Shown here in pieces: positions 9,353 through 20,424 of a DNA stretch of 64,000 nucleotides. This DNA is from a candidate division Kazan bacterium RIFCSPHIGHO2_01_FULL_44_14 (GTDB lineage Bacteria > Patescibacteriota > Kazan-3B-28). The stretch spans positions 439,200-503,199 of the forward strand of contig METB01000001.1 of assembly GCA_001771185.1 (NCBI GenBank). Reading direction: 5' to 3'. The position numbers and the translations under genes are program-made. Under the pieces are notes generated by a model. It searched no databases. It worked only from the letters and a program-made list of their open reading frames with translations, and was not told where the DNA came from. How positions within the stretch are numbered: the stretch's first letter is position 1; the number at the start of each line of letters is the position of its first letter.

Positions 9353-12300
9353 ATGGAGTTCGTGCATTTACATGTGCATAGCCACTACAGTTTATTGGAC
9401 GGTCTATCTAAAGTGCCGGATTTAGTAGAACGGGCCAAACAGCAAGGAGCGACGGCCTTGGCTTTAACCGACCATGGCGTAATGTATGGTGCGATTGAGT
9501 TTTATCAGGCCTGTAAGAAGGCAGAGATAAAACCGATTATTGGTAATGAAATCTATGTGACCCAAGGGAGCATTACTGATCGGGAATTAAAGCGGGGAGA
9601 AAAGAATTTTTATCATCTGACTCTACTGGCTAAAGACCACGAGGGTTATGTGAATTTAATGCGATTAACGACCGAGGCGCATCTGCGCGGATTTTATTAT
9701 CGGCCACGGGTTGATCACGATACATTGGCTAAATATGCCAAGGGGTTAGTGTGTTTGTCGGGGTGTTTGGGAGGGGAGTTGGCCCAGACCATTTTGCATG
9801 GGAACCCAGAACAAGTTAAGCAGTTGGCATTGTGGCACAAAAATCTGTTTGGCGAGGATTACTATTTGGAACTACAGCATCATCCAAATTTAGCTGATCA
9901 GCAAACAGTCAACAATGCTCTAATTGGTTTAAGCCAAGAACTGGATATCCCATTGGTAGTGACTGCCGATTCGCACTATCTGTGTGCGGATGATTCAGAA
10001 GCGCAAGATGTGTTGTTGTGTGTTCAGACCGGAGCCAAGGTGGACGATATAAACCGATTCTCAATGAAAGGGGAAGTGTTTGATTTGCGCAATCCGCAGG
10101 AAATCATCGATGCTTTTGCCCATGTGCCCGAGGCAGCTACTAACACGGTTAAAATAGCAGACAAATGCAATTTGGAAATTCCAACTGGCGGGATGATTCT
10201 ACCGGCTTTTGATTTACCGGAAGGCGCCACTCTTCAAGATTATTTTAATCAGGAACTAGACAAGGGTTTGATTCGACGGTTTGGACTGGATATCCCTGAA
10301 GCCGTGCGGACATTGGCTGATTTTGAGGTATCAGTTATTTCTCAAATGGGATATCAGAGTTATTTTTTGATTGTGGCGGATTTTGTGAACTGGGCCAAAC
10401 GGCAGGGGATTTTGGTTGGACCAGGTCGAGGTAGTGCGGCTGGAAGTATGGTGTCGTATGCACTGGGGATTACCAGCATTGACCCGATTAAACATGGTTT
10501 GCTGTTTGAGCGATTTTTGAATCCAGAACGCGTCTCGATGCCGGACATTGATTTGGATTTTGCGGATGACCGAAGAGGCGAAGTAATCGAGTATGTCATC
10601 CAAAAGTATGGCCGTGGTCGGGTGGCTCAAATTGTTACATTTGGAACAATGGCTTCAAGATCAGCAATCCGAGATGTTGGTCGGGCAATCGGAATGAGTT
10701 ATGGCGAAGTCGATCGGATTGCCAAAATGGTACCGCCCCCCCAACAGGGGAAGTACACGCCATTGTCGGTCCACATCCAAAATGTGCCGGAACTGACCGG
10801 AGTGTATGCTTCGAGCGAACAAGCAAAACATTTGTTGGATTTAGCCCAAAAGATGGAGGGGACAATCCGACATGCCTCCACTCATGCGGCCGGGGTGGTG
10901 ATTAGTGATAAGGATTTGACTCACTATACTCCATTGCAGTATTCACCGACAGGCGATCAGCAGTTGATTACCCAATATTCAATGTATCCAGTTGAAGCCG
11001 TCGGATTACTTAAAATGGACTTTTTGGGGCTGAAGAACTTAACTATTATTAAGAATTCATTAAGGATTATTCGGAAAATCCATCATTTAGAATTAGATTT
11101 GGACAAATTGCCATTTGATGATGCCAAAACATTTGAACTGCTGGCAGCGGCCAATACCACGGGGATTTTTCAATTAGAAGGCGATGGAATGCGCCGGTAT
11201 TTGAAAGAACTTAAACCAACTGTATTTGATGATGTAGTGGCAATGGTAGCGATGTATCGGCCAGGTCCGATCGAATTTGTGCCAGATTTTATTGCTAGAA
11301 AACATGGTCAAAAAAAGATCGAATACCTCCATCCGAAACTAGAGCCAATTCTTAAATCGACCTATGGAATTGCAGTGTACCAGGAACAGGTGATGCATAT
11401 CGCTCGTGAATTGTGCGGGTTCACTCGCGGAGAAGCGGATGTGTTGCGGAAAGCCATGGGGAAGAAAATCCCGAAACTGCTAGCTGAACAAAAAGAAAAA
11501 TTTATTAATGGGGCGATTGCTAATCAGGTGAGTGATGCAGCCGCTCAACAATTGTGGCATTTTGTCGAACCGTTCGGATTATATGGATTCAACCGAGCGC
11601 ATTCAGTTAGTTATGCGACCATTTCATACTGGACGGCTTATTTGAAAGCCCATTTCCCCAATGCATTTATGGCGGCACTGATGACCTCGGACCAACAGGA
11701 CTTGGACAAAATCGCTAAGAATATAGGTGAATGCGAGCATATGGGAATCAAGGTTTTGCCACCATCAGTGAATCGTAGTTTTACTGGTTTCGCGGTAGTA
11801 AAAGAAACCGGTGACATCACTTTTGGATTAAACGCCATTAAAAATGTTGGGCAGAAGGTTTCGGATACAATCGCGGAAGAAAGGCAAACCAATGGGGTGT
11901 ATCAAGATTTAACTGATTTTGTAAAGCGGGCCGGACGAGAGGTGATTAACAAAAAGACCGTGGAGAGTTTGGTTTTGGCGGGAGCGTTGGATGAGTTTGG
12001 TGATCGAAAAATAATTTTTAATAATCTAGATAATATTTTAAAATATGCTTCGGGCTACTATTTAAGGCGGGACTCGACCCAAGAGGCATTATTTGGGGAA
12101 ACCGAAGTTGGCGGGGCAGAAACGATTCAATTGCAAATAGGGGAGACCGCAACTGATCGAGAAAAATTAACTTGGGAACGAGAGTATTTGGGGACCTTTG
12201 TATCGCAACATCCTTTGAAAGAAATTATGCCGAAATTGCAGGGGATAGTTAGGCCAATTCGAGAGTTGTCTAATTTAGACGACAATCAGATGGGCAAGGT

Positions 12301-12868
12301 GGCAGGGGTAGTAACTCGAGTGCAGAAAGTATTTACCAAGAACGGGGATGCAATGTTGTTTGTCAATCTAGAGGATTTGGGTGGGACAATAGAGGTGATT
12401 GTTTTTCCGAAAGTGTTTGAACAGACCATAACAATTTGGGAGCGGGATAAAGTCGTATTAATTACTGGTAAGGTGAATGTGAAAGAGCGAGCCGAAACCC
12501 AAGGCGATAATATTGTAATGGTAGCCGAGCCAAAGATTATCGTGGCTGAAGCCGTCGAAGTAACCGATGCCTACATCGGTCAATTGCAAAAGGCCGATAC
12601 TATGTTGGCTCCAAGAACAACGGTTCCAATCTCTCCACTTGAGCAATATGACAATGAGATACTAATTAAGTTGCCTAAGGGATTTGGCAACGGCCAATTA
12701 CAGGAGTTAAAAAATATATTGGAACAACATCCAGGTGATTTGAATGTGACTCTAGAACTATTTACTCAAGGTCGGTGGCAGACAATTAAAACAAGTACCA
12801 AGGCCGGTATGACTCCGGCACTAGAACAAGCAGTTGTTAAATTGACGACTGGGCAACTTACCAATTAG
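9353..12868 (+). CDS. dnaE: DNA polymerase III alpha subunit
   Basis: N-terminal PHP domain (HLHVHSHYSLLDG), polymerase core motifs, OB fold. 1171 aa. RBS aggaggtg lies upstream. Confidence 0.95.
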   Translation: MEFVHLHVHSHYSLLDGLSKVPDLVERAKQQGATALALTDHGVMYGAIEFYQACKKAEIKPIIGNEIYVTQGSITDRELKRGEKNFYHLTLLAKDHEGYVNLMRLTTEAHLRGFYYRPRVDHDTLAKYAKGLVCLSGCLGGELAQTILHGNPEQVKQLALWHKNLFGEDYYLELQHHPNLADQQTVNNALIGLSQELDIPLVVTADSHYLCADDSEAQDVLLCVQTGAKVDDINRFSMKGEVFDLRNPQEIIDAFAHVPEAATNTVKIADKCNLEIPTGGMILPAFDLPEGATLQDYFNQELDKGLIRRFGLDIPEAVRTLADFEVSVISQMGYQSYFLIVADFVNWAKRQGILVGPGRGSAAGSMVSYALGITSIDPIKHGLLFERFLNPERVSMPDIDLDFADDRRGEVIEYVIQKYGRGRVAQIVTFGTMASRSAIRDVGRAIGMSYGEVDRIAKMVPPPQQGKYTPLSVHIQNVPELTGVYASSEQAKHLLDLAQKMEGTIRHASTHAAGVVISDKDLTHYTPLQYSPTGDQQLITQYSMYPVEAVGLLKMDFLGLKNLTIIKNSLRIIRKIHHLELDLDKLPFDDAKTFELLAAANTTGIFQLEGDGMRRYLKELKPTVFDDVVAMVAMYRPGPIEFVPDFIARKHGQKKIEYLHPKLEPILKSTYGIAVYQEQVMHIARELCGFTRGEADVLRKAMGKKIPKLLAEQKEKFINGAIANQVSDAAAQQLWHFVEPFGLYGFNRAHSVSYATISYWTAYLKAHFPNAFMAALMTSDQQDLDKIAKNIGECEHMGIKVLPPSVNRSFTGFAVVKETGDITFGLNAIKNVGQKVSDTIAEERQTNGVYQDLTDFVKRAGREVINKKTVESLVLAGALDEFGDRKIIFNNLDNILKYASGYYLRRDSTQEALFGETEVGGAETIQLQIGETATDREKLTWEREYLGTFVSQHPLKEIMPKLQGIVRPIRELSNLDDNQMGKVAGVVTRVQKVFTKNGDAMLFVNLEDLGGTIEVIVFPKVFEQTITIWERDKVVLITGKVNVKERAETQGDNIVMVAEPKIIVAEAVEVTDAYIGQLQKADTMLAPRTTVPISPLEQYDNEILIKLPKGFGNGQLQELKNILEQHPGDLNVTLELFTQGRWQTIKTSTKAGMTPALEQAVVKLTTGQLTN

Positions 12869-12882
12869 GGAGGTGATTCTGA

Positions 12883-14856
12883 TTGTTGTTCAGGCAGTGG
12901 TTGGTCGCAGGTCTTGCGACTGGAGTTTTGGCGACTGCCACTTGGGCGGTCGTGGGGTCAGACAGTATCTGGCAAAACAATGTAGTTGATAAAGGGAAAG
13001 TGGCGAAAGCCAACGGTGAGTTAACCGCCTGGGACAAAGTACCACTCGGCAACCGACATCCATGGATTCTAGTTCATGGGTTACATCAGGATAATGCAAC
13101 CGTTGATGGGATGTCGCCAAATAACGCTAGGCGATTATTTCAGTTGCCGATGACTAATTTTCAGGCGATTTACCGAGACGATTTCAATCTAGAGTTGTTG
13201 GCGGATGTGAAACCATTTCTGTTTACTTACAATTCCGAACGAGACGACAACGAGATTGCCAAAGATCTAAACGCATTAATTGAAAGCAACCCAGAATTGA
13301 CTGGAGCCAAAGTCAAGTTGGTATTTCTGGTCCACAGTAAGGGCGGATGTATTACTGACAACTATGTAGTGAATTTCGGAAATCGGAAATTCTTGCGTGG
13401 GGTAACGTTAGGTTCTCCGCTGGTTGGGACAGTTGCTGCTTCGCGTGATGAAATGGGTAAAGCGTCAAAGAAACTTTATCCACTCCTAGGGAAGAAATTG
13501 ATGACAGTAATTGAGAAGGGAATTAATTTTGACTCTCTCGGGGTGCAGTGGTTGAGATGGCGTAATGATGGACTAATGCGATTGCATCAAGTTAGACCGC
13601 TAGACAACCGATGGTATCTGTATGCCGGAGAAATTAAGCCGGTATCAAACAATTTCATTGCTCGTAATATTCAATTGGCTTTACTGGCCGACTCGGTATT
13701 CATTGGTAAATTAGGAAACGAGGGGGATTTCTATTTACCGTTGTGTGCCGGGTTGATTAAGCAGGCGGGTGGAGGAAAAAGCGATGGGTTGGTTCCGATT
13801 GATTCAGCTCATGCGGTTGGTTTTACCCAAGGGGCAAAATTACGGCTAGAAAATGATTGTGACCACTACGAAATTTTGCAAGGTCGGCAAGGTGATTTGG
13901 CGTTGCATCGCCAGATTCTGTACGACCTACTAACTTTTGTTCCGGGGGAAAAAGACGATTTTAATTTGGACATGTGGTTGCCAGAAGTCCCTTCGATTGA
14001 TTTGCCGAAACTATCACAGAGCAATCTAAATGAAGCGAGAGTGGTTTGGATAGATAGTCGGGGTCAATTGCAAGTAGCAGATAAGAGCGGTACTAATATC
14101 AAAGAGTTGTCTCTGCCCGGTCGATTTAATTGGCCGAGTTGGGATGGGTCTGACATTGTGGTGGCGCGGACACAAAATGGTGCTAGCGATATCGTGCGGG
14201 TTAAATCAGACGGTAAAATGGTCAAATTGACCACCGATGGGACTAGTACTCTGCCGTCAGTAATGAATGGCCAATTAGTATGTGTCAGTGATGACCAACT
14301 TATTTTACGAGATGCTAGTGGGGCTTCCGCAGTTATCTTGGGAGATAAACTTGATTTGGTTGGTCCGCCAGTAATTTTTGCCGACAAAATTTATTTTGCG
14401 CACAAGAAGTCGACAAAAACTGACTTATATTGGATCAGCATTAACCAACGCGGTGCTAAGTTGTCTGATGCCAAGCAAGTCATGGCAGATATTGTTCGCC
14501 CAATTAGAGTCGGCGACTTCTTACTAGGTGTCAGCCAGAGCGGAGAGGTCAAAGCGGTCTTGGGTGGTTGGCTGGGGTTTACCGAAATTAGTTTGCCGTC
14601 TTCAATCAAAGCCAGTCGGAAGTTCATTCCAACCCAGACGGAAGTAGATATCGATGATATAACTGGCGAATTGTATGTGGTAGCGGATGGCCGAGTTCGG
14701 TATCTCGATTACCAAGTGCTGGCGACCTACGCGCCAGATTGGGCTAAGGAGTTGACGGTGGCTACTCTGGAGAAAAGAACGGCCACTTTAGTGGTTCCAT
14801 CTTTGGACGAGTTGGCCCCACCCCTTGGAGAGGGGTCACAAATCGATGTTAAGTGA
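12883..14856 (+). CDS. Secreted protein with an N-terminal alpha/beta-hydrolase (lipase-like, VHSKGG) domain and a beta-rich C-terminal domain
   Basis: TTG start with an AGGGAGGTG RBS, a signal-peptide-like N-terminus, and a PGAP1/lipase-class serine motif. Confidence 0.5.
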   Translation: MLFRQWLVAGLATGVLATATWAVVGSDSIWQNNVVDKGKVAKANGELTAWDKVPLGNRHPWILVHGLHQDNATVDGMSPNNARRLFQLPMTNFQAIYRDDFNLELLADVKPFLFTYNSERDDNEIAKDLNALIESNPELTGAKVKLVFLVHSKGGCITDNYVVNFGNRKFLRGVTLGSPLVGTVAASRDEMGKASKKLYPLLGKKLMTVIEKGINFDSLGVQWLRWRNDGLMRLHQVRPLDNRWYLYAGEIKPVSNNFIARNIQLALLADSVFIGKLGNEGDFYLPLCAGLIKQAGGGKSDGLVPIDSAHAVGFTQGAKLRLENDCDHYEILQGRQGDLALHRQILYDLLTFVPGEKDDFNLDMWLPEVPSIDLPKLSQSNLNEARVVWIDSRGQLQVADKSGTNIKELSLPGRFNWPSWDGSDIVVARTQNGASDIVRVKSDGKMVKLTTDGTSTLPSVMNGQLVCVSDDQLILRDASGASAVILGDKLDLVGPPVIFADKIYFAHKKSTKTDLYWISINQRGAKLSDAKQVMADIVRPIRVGDFLLGVSQSGEVKAVLGGWLGFTEISLPSSIKASRKFIPTQTEVDIDDITGELYVVADGRVRYLDYQVLATYAPDWAKELTVATLEKRTATLVVPSLDELAPPLGEGSQIDVK

Positions 14857-14865
14857 TTTTCCGGT

Positions 14866-14902
14866 CCTGCTGTTATCAGTGGGGCCGGTTTTTTTAACTA
14901 TT
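14866..14902 (+). terminator. Rho-independent terminator
   Basis: ccggtcctgctgttatcagtggggccgg followed by a T7 run. Confidence 0.6.
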
Positions 14903-14938
14903 GCCTGGGAGGGGAGGTTTTGCTAGTATGCTAGGGTT

Positions 14939-15625
14939 ATGAATTTAGCAGAACCTATCCTCCAACTCTTTCGGAAGAAAACTATTCCCGAGATTTCGGT
15001 CGGGGATGTGGTACGGGTGCATCAAAGAATCCGTGAGGGTGACAAAGAGAGAGTCCAGGTGTTCGAAGGGATCATAATCGCCAGACACGGCAAAACCTCT
15101 TTGGATGCTACTTTTACCGTACGCAAGATTGCTTCTGGGGTTGGGGTGGAAAAAGTTTATCTGTTGCATTCGCCGAACATTGTTAAGGTTGAGTTTAAAC
15201 GGGGCTCTGATGTACGTCGGGCCAAGTTGTATTATTTGCGTAAGTTGTCAGGCAAGTCGCTTCGGATGAAAGACAAGACAACCAATAAGGTAGCTTGGGA
15301 AGAAGTGTTGGGCGGGACCGATACTCCAACTGAAGCCAGTGAAGCGGATATTGCTGAAGCGGTGGTGGCTGAAGAAGCCAAGCGGGCCAGTGAACAAGTG
15401 GCCACTGAACCAGACGGTAGTGATGAGGCGACCGAGTCAGTAAGCGGTACAATGGAATCAGAGGGCGAAGTCGCTAACGAAGCGAATGATAATCAGCCAC
15501 CTTCAAGCGAGGTCAAGGATGAATCAACCAACGCGGGGGGCGAACAATCAGTCAGTGAGTCAGTCGACGTCGACAACCCAACCGAATCTGCAAATCGAGC
15601 AGGAGATTCAAAAGACCGGGCTTAA
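14939..15625 (+). CDS. rplS: Ribosomal protein L19 with a long acidic C-terminal extension
   Basis: The N-terminal ~115 aa match the L19 family (VGDVVRVHQRIREG...). The remaining ~110 aa are Glu/Asp/Ser-rich. Confidence 0.9.
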   Translation: MNLAEPILQLFRKKTIPEISVGDVVRVHQRIREGDKERVQVFEGIIIARHGKTSLDATFTVRKIASGVGVEKVYLLHSPNIVKVEFKRGSDVRRAKLYYLRKLSGKSLRMKDKTTNKVAWEEVLGGTDTPTEASEADIAEAVVAEEAKRASEQVATEPDGSDEATESVSGTMESEGEVANEANDNQPPSSEVKDESTNAGGEQSVSESVDVDNPTESANRAGDSKDRA

Positions 15626-16214
15626 ATTAATCGCAGGAGTGGATGAAGCCGGTCGGGGAGCATGGGCCGGACCAGTAGTAGCAGCCGCAGTAGTGTTGCC
15701 GGTTTTGGATAAGACACATGGAATTAATGATTCTAAACAATTGACTCCAGCACAACGGGAGAAGTTGTTTAAGAAGATTCATGGTCTGGCTTTGGCAGTA
15801 GGAGTTGGGATAGCGGATGTCGCAGAGATTAATCGGATGGGAGTGGGCCAAGCAAGTTTTGTAGCGATGCAGCGAGCAGTTGATAATTTAGAAATTAAAC
15901 CCGAACATATTTTAGTTGATGGTTATCGAGTGAATTTTATCCAAGCTCCGGCTAGCGGAATTATTGATGGGGATGCAAAGTCATTATCAATCGCCGCGGC
16001 TTCAATTGTGGCTAAAGTGACCCGCGATAAAATTATGACCGAAGCTCATAATAAATACCCGCGATTTGGGTTTGCGATTCATAAAGGGTATGGCACGGTT
16101 TTACATCGGGAACGCATTGCCAAGCACGGAACTTGTGCTTGGCATAGAAAGAATTTTGCTCCCATTCGTCAAATTATTACTGGAAGTAAAGTTCAAGTTG
16201 CCTTGCATGGTTAA
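15519..16214 (+). CDS. rnhB: Ribonuclease HII
   Basis: GVDEAGRGAWAGPVV active-site motif and RNase HII conservation. The start is uncertain because the frame stays open back to 15486, inside the rplS tail. Confidence 0.8.
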   Translation: MNQPTRGANNQSVSQSTSTTQPNLQIEQEIQKTGLKLIAGVDEAGRGAWAGPVVAAAVVLPVLDKTHGINDSKQLTPAQREKLFKKIHGLALAVGVGIADVAEINRMGVGQASFVAMQRAVDNLEIKPEHILVDGYRVNFIQAPASGIIDGDAKSLSIAAASIVAKVTRDKIMTEAHNKYPRFGFAIHKGYGTVLHRERIAKHGTCAWHRKNFAPIRQIITGSKVQVALHG

Positions 16215-16566
16215 TTTAAGAGGACAGTTGGGGGAAGAAGCGGCGGCCGATTATCTCCAGGCCCAAGGGTATGTTGTTGTGGCGCGAAATTGGCGGAGTC
16301 GATTTGGGGAAATTGATATTATTGCCAGGGACGGGAAGACCCTGGCTTTTATTGAGGTAAAGACCCGAAGCCGTCAGCGAGGGAAGTTTGGAACCCCTCT
16401 AGATGCAATCACTCCAGACAAGGTGAGACGCCTAAGTTGGTTAGCAATCGATTTCTCGGCTAGGTATAATCTTAATGTCCCGATTCGGCTGGATGTGGTA
16501 ACGGTGGCCGGGCAGGGAGAGCTCGAACTAATCAAGGGAATTGAACCGGTTGACATTAATCGATAA
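16207..16566 (+). CDS. yraN: YraN/UPF0102 family endonuclease
   Basis: GEIDIIARDGKTLAFIEVKTR PD-(D/E)xK motif typical of UPF0102. ATGGTTAA overlap with the rnhB stop. Confidence 0.8.
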   Translation: MVNLRGQLGEEAAADYLQAQGYVVVARNWRSRFGEIDIIARDGKTLAFIEVKTRSRQRGKFGTPLDAITPDKVRRLSWLAIDFSARYNLNVPIRLDVVTVAGQGELELIKGIEPVDINR

Positions 16567-16650
16567 ATTGGCTATACTCCAGGTAGATATTAGAGTAAAT
16601 GAAGTAGGTTGAAGATCAACCTGCTTTGTTTTTAAAACATTTTTACAAGT

Positions 16651-17859
16651 ATGACATCAGAACTGTTGTCTGCGATTGCTCAAATTGCTGAAGAAAAAGG
16701 CATCTCAAAAGAGGCCGTATTAGAGACGGTAGAAGCGGCCTTGGCGGCAGCTTACCGAAAGGACTTTGGTCAAAAAGAACAAACGGTGGTGGCTCAACTT
16801 GATCCTAAAAGTGAAAAGACCAGGTTGTTTGTGGTACATAAGATTGTCGAAGAAGTTGAGGATCCGATGAAGGAAATTACGCTGAAAGATGCTAAAAAAA
16901 TTGATAAGAAAGCTACGGTTGGCGGTGAAATCAGAGAAGAAGTTTTTCCGCCGGCTGAATATGGTCGGGTGGCGGCCCAAACTGCTAAGCAAGTCATTCT
17001 TCAGCGGTTGAGAGAAGCCGAACGGGATGTGATTTTCAAGGAATATAAAGATAAAGAAGGGACCCTGATTACCGGAACAATTCAGCGGGTCGAGGGTGAT
17101 GTGGTGATGATTGATATCGGGAAGACCACTGGAATTTTGTTCCCCTCCGAACAGTCGCGAGCCGATCACTACTATGTTAGTCAGCGGATGAAGTTTTACG
17201 TGGTAAAAGTTGATGATTCCGGTAAAGAACCCCAAGTATTGCTATCTCGGTCACATCCAGAAATGATTAAACGGTTATTTGAGATGGAAGTGCCAGAGAT
17301 TGGGGCTGGTTCAGTTGAAATCAAAGGCGTGGCCAGAGAAGCTGGAGTTCGGTCTAAAGTCGCTGTTCATTCTTTGCAAGAAGCCGTTGACCCAGTTGGT
17401 TCGTTGGTGGGCCGCCGAGGCGTTCGAGTTCAAGCAGTTATGTCGGAGATTGGTGATGAAAAAATCGACATTGTGCTGTGGAATTCGGATATTAAGCAAT
17501 ACATCACCAATGCCCTGTCTCCTGCTAAAATTAAAGAAGTGGTGTTAGAGGAAAATAACCATTCGGCCCTGATCAAAGTGGAACCCGATCAGTTGTCTCT
17601 AGCCATCGGTCGGGCAGGGCAAAATGTTCGGCTGGCAAGCAAACTGACTGGTTGGCAGATCGAAGTAGAGAAGGGCCCTATGGTCAAGGCCACCACCGAA
17701 CCAGCAACAGAAGAAGATGCGGTAGTTGGGACCACCGAAGTCAGCGAAGAGGCGAATGCAGAACCAGTAGTTGGTACGGATGAAGAGAAGGCCGAAGTTG
17801 AAACACCGGCCGAACCGACCACCGAAGAGGCGCCCAAGCCAGACGAATTAGCTAAGTAA
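16651..17859 (+). CDS. nusA: Transcription termination/antitermination factor NusA (acidic C-terminal tail)
   Basis: NusA N-terminal domain, S1 domain and two KH domains are recognisable. 402 aa. Confidence 0.9.
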   Translation: MTSELLSAIAQIAEEKGISKEAVLETVEAALAAAYRKDFGQKEQTVVAQLDPKSEKTRLFVVHKIVEEVEDPMKEITLKDAKKIDKKATVGGEIREEVFPPAEYGRVAAQTAKQVILQRLREAERDVIFKEYKDKEGTLITGTIQRVEGDVVMIDIGKTTGILFPSEQSRADHYYVSQRMKFYVVKVDDSGKEPQVLLSRSHPEMIKRLFEMEVPEIGAGSVEIKGVAREAGVRSKVAVHSLQEAVDPVGSLVGRRGVRVQAVMSEIGDEKIDIVLWNSDIKQYITNALSPAKIKEVVLEENNHSALIKVEPDQLSLAIGRAGQNVRLASKLTGWQIEVEKGPMVKATTEPATEEDAVVGTTEVSEEANAEPVVGTDEEKAEVETPAEPTTEEAPKPDELAK

Positions 17860-17880
17860 TACTTTTTATTAAGGGGGACT

Positions 17881-20379
17881 ATGGAGAATTACTTTCTCGA
17901 CAAATTTACTACCAACGCCAAAAAGGTGCTGACCAATGCTCAAAAGGTAGCCCGTGATTTGGGCAATATGCATTTAGGAACCGAGCATTTGTTGATGGCG
18001 ATGCTGAACATCAAGAGCGGAACGGCTTATGAAATTTTGAGCGGGTTTGGAATTAGTGTCGAGAAGGCCGAGATGGTTCTGTCGATTTTGCAACGTGATG
18101 AAGTTAATCAAACCGGTTTAACCCAATCAGCCAAACGGTTAGTTGAAGGGGCTGTGTTAGTAGGAGCCCAATATGGCAGTTTTTATATTGGCACGGAACA
18201 TTTGCTGTTCGCGATGGTGCAAAACCGATCGAGTAAGGCCTATGCGATGTTGTTAGAATTGGGCGTTGATCCGGGAGTGATTGCAACTCAAGTTGCGCAT
18301 TATATGCAGGAAAATCGGGAACGCGATCCGCGGGTACGAGTGGGAGCAGACGAGGCCAAAGACGGCAAAAGTAGCACTCCGGCGTTGGATCAATTCAGTG
18401 TGGACATTACTCAATTGGCTCGGGATGGAAAGATTGACCCAGTGATTGGTCGGGACAAAGAAATCGCTCGAGTAATTCAAATCTTGAATCGGCGAACTAA
18501 AAATAATCCAGTCCTAATTGGTGAACCAGGAATTGGCAAGACCGCGATTGTGGAAGGGCTGGCTTTACATGTTAATGCTGGTCAGGTGCCTGATAATTTG
18601 CAGAACAAACGGATTATGGCATTGAGTCCGTCCGCTATGGTAGCGGGAACTAAATATCGGGGAGAGTTCGAGGATCGGGTTAATCAAATTGTCGAGGAAG
18701 TCAAAGCCGCTCAAGATGTAGTTTTATTTGTTGATGAACTACATACTTTGGTTGGAGCGGGGAGTGCCGAGGGAAGTTTGGATGCAGCTAATATTTTAAA
18801 ACCGGCGCTGGCTCGCGGTAATTTGCAAATGATCGGGGCAACTACGCTGGATGAGTATCGCAAGCATATTGAAAAGGACGCGGCGTTGGAACGAAGATTC
18901 CAGCCGATTACGGTGAGTGAACCGACGCCGGAAGACACGGTCAAGATCATTCAGGGGGTTAGGCAAAATTATGAAAATCATCACAAGGTAGCGATTACCG
19001 ATCAGTCGATCGAGGCAGCCGTGAATTTGTCGGTTCGGTATATTAACGATCGATTCTTGCCAGACAAGGCCATTGATTTGATTGATGAAGCGGCTTCGAT
19101 GGTTCGGATTGCGGCTGGTTTAAATGAACCAACAATGGCTAAGACAGAGAAAGAAGAACTCGATAAAATTGTGTCGTTGAAAGAAGAAGTAATTGATCGG
19201 CAGGATTTTGAAGAGGCCGCCAAATTGCGGGCTCAAGAATTACGGCTCAAAAAGAAAATTGATACTTTGCACAAAAAGACCGCCAAGCAAGGTATGGATG
19301 GTTGGCCAAAAGTTGAAGCCAAAGATATTGCCAAGGTCGTGTCGCAGTGGACTAATATTCCGGTGGGGAACTTAGCCGCCGAGGAGATTGAGCAGTTAGC
19401 TAATTTAGAAAATGTGTTGCGGGCTCGGATTATCGGGCAGAACGAAGCAATCGAAGCAATCGCTTCAGCCATCAAACGGTCCAGGGTGGATATTGGCAAC
19501 CCAGATCGGCCGATGGGTTCGTTCTTGTTTTTGGGCCCAACCGGAGTAGGGAAAACTGAATTAGCCAAGGTTTTGGCGGAAGAGGTATTTAAAGACAAAG
19601 ACGCATTGATCAAAATTGACATGAGCGAATTCATGGAACGGCACGCGGTGTCGAGGTTGGTCGGAGCGCCTCCGGGATATGTGGGTTACGACGAGGCAGG
19701 TAAGTTGACCGAAGCGGTCCGGCGGAAGCCCTATTCGGTGGTATTGATGGATGAAATTGAAAAAGCCCATCCCGAAGTGATGAATATTTTATTACAAGTA
19801 TTAGAAGATGGGTTCTTAAGCGATGCCAAGGGTCGACGGGTCAGTTTCAAAAACACAATCGTGATTTTAACTTCCAATGTTGGGACTGAGCTTCTCAATC
19901 GGCAAGCAGTAGTTGGTTTCCACAAGGGAAGTGAAGCATCTTTGGATTATGAAAAAACCAAAGAACAAGTGATGGACGAAGTGAAGCGCAGATTCCGGCC
20001 GGAGTTAATTAATCGATTCGATAAGGTAATTGTATTCAGACCCTTGGGGGCCAAAGAAATTCAACGAATCGTTGATTTACAGTTGGAGGATTTGATGAGA
20101 CGGTTAACCAAGCAGCAAATTGGCCTGGAAGTGAGTGACCCAGCCAAGGGCTGGTTAGCCGATCGGGGGTTCGAACCGGAACTAGGGGCTAGACCGGTCA
20201 GACGGTTAATCCAGACCAAGATTGAGGACCCATTAGCGGAAGGTATCTTGAATAAAACCTTTACTAAGGGTAGTGTGGTACGGGTAGACAAAAATGCTCA
20301 AGAACTGCGGCTTAGTTTGGTGGGTGAGGCGAATACCCTAAAATCCTCTCCCCGGCGTCGAGCCAAGGTCAAAGTGTGA
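17881..20379 (+). CDS. clpC: Clp/Hsp100 family AAA+ ATPase (ClpC-like: two Clp_N repeats, two AAA modules)
   Basis: Duplicated Clp_N (GTEHLLxAM), Walker A GEPGIGKT and GPTGVGKT, and UVR-like and ClpB_D2-small regions. Confidence 0.9.
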   Translation: MENYFLDKFTTNAKKVLTNAQKVARDLGNMHLGTEHLLMAMLNIKSGTAYEILSGFGISVEKAEMVLSILQRDEVNQTGLTQSAKRLVEGAVLVGAQYGSFYIGTEHLLFAMVQNRSSKAYAMLLELGVDPGVIATQVAHYMQENRERDPRVRVGADEAKDGKSSTPALDQFSVDITQLARDGKIDPVIGRDKEIARVIQILNRRTKNNPVLIGEPGIGKTAIVEGLALHVNAGQVPDNLQNKRIMALSPSAMVAGTKYRGEFEDRVNQIVEEVKAAQDVVLFVDELHTLVGAGSAEGSLDAANILKPALARGNLQMIGATTLDEYRKHIEKDAALERRFQPITVSEPTPEDTVKIIQGVRQNYENHHKVAITDQSIEAAVNLSVRYINDRFLPDKAIDLIDEAASMVRIAAGLNEPTMAKTEKEELDKIVSLKEEVIDRQDFEEAAKLRAQELRLKKKIDTLHKKTAKQGMDGWPKVEAKDIAKVVSQWTNIPVGNLAAEEIEQLANLENVLRARIIGQNEAIEAIASAIKRSRVDIGNPDRPMGSFLFLGPTGVGKTELAKVLAEEVFKDKDALIKIDMSEFMERHAVSRLVGAPPGYVGYDEAGKLTEAVRRKPYSVVLMDEIEKAHPEVMNILLQVLEDGFLSDAKGRRVSFKNTIVILTSNVGTELLNRQAVVGFHKGSEASLDYEKTKEQVMDEVKRRFRPELINRFDKVIVFRPLGAKEIQRIVDLQLEDLMRRLTKQQIGLEVSDPAKGWLADRGFEPELGARPVRRLIQTKIEDPLAEGILNKTFTKGSVVRVDKNAQELRLSLVGEANTLKSSPRRRAKVKV

Positions 20380-20424
20380 CGGGGTTGATTGGTTTTATCT
20401 GTTGGTTTGAGGGATTTATCTAAT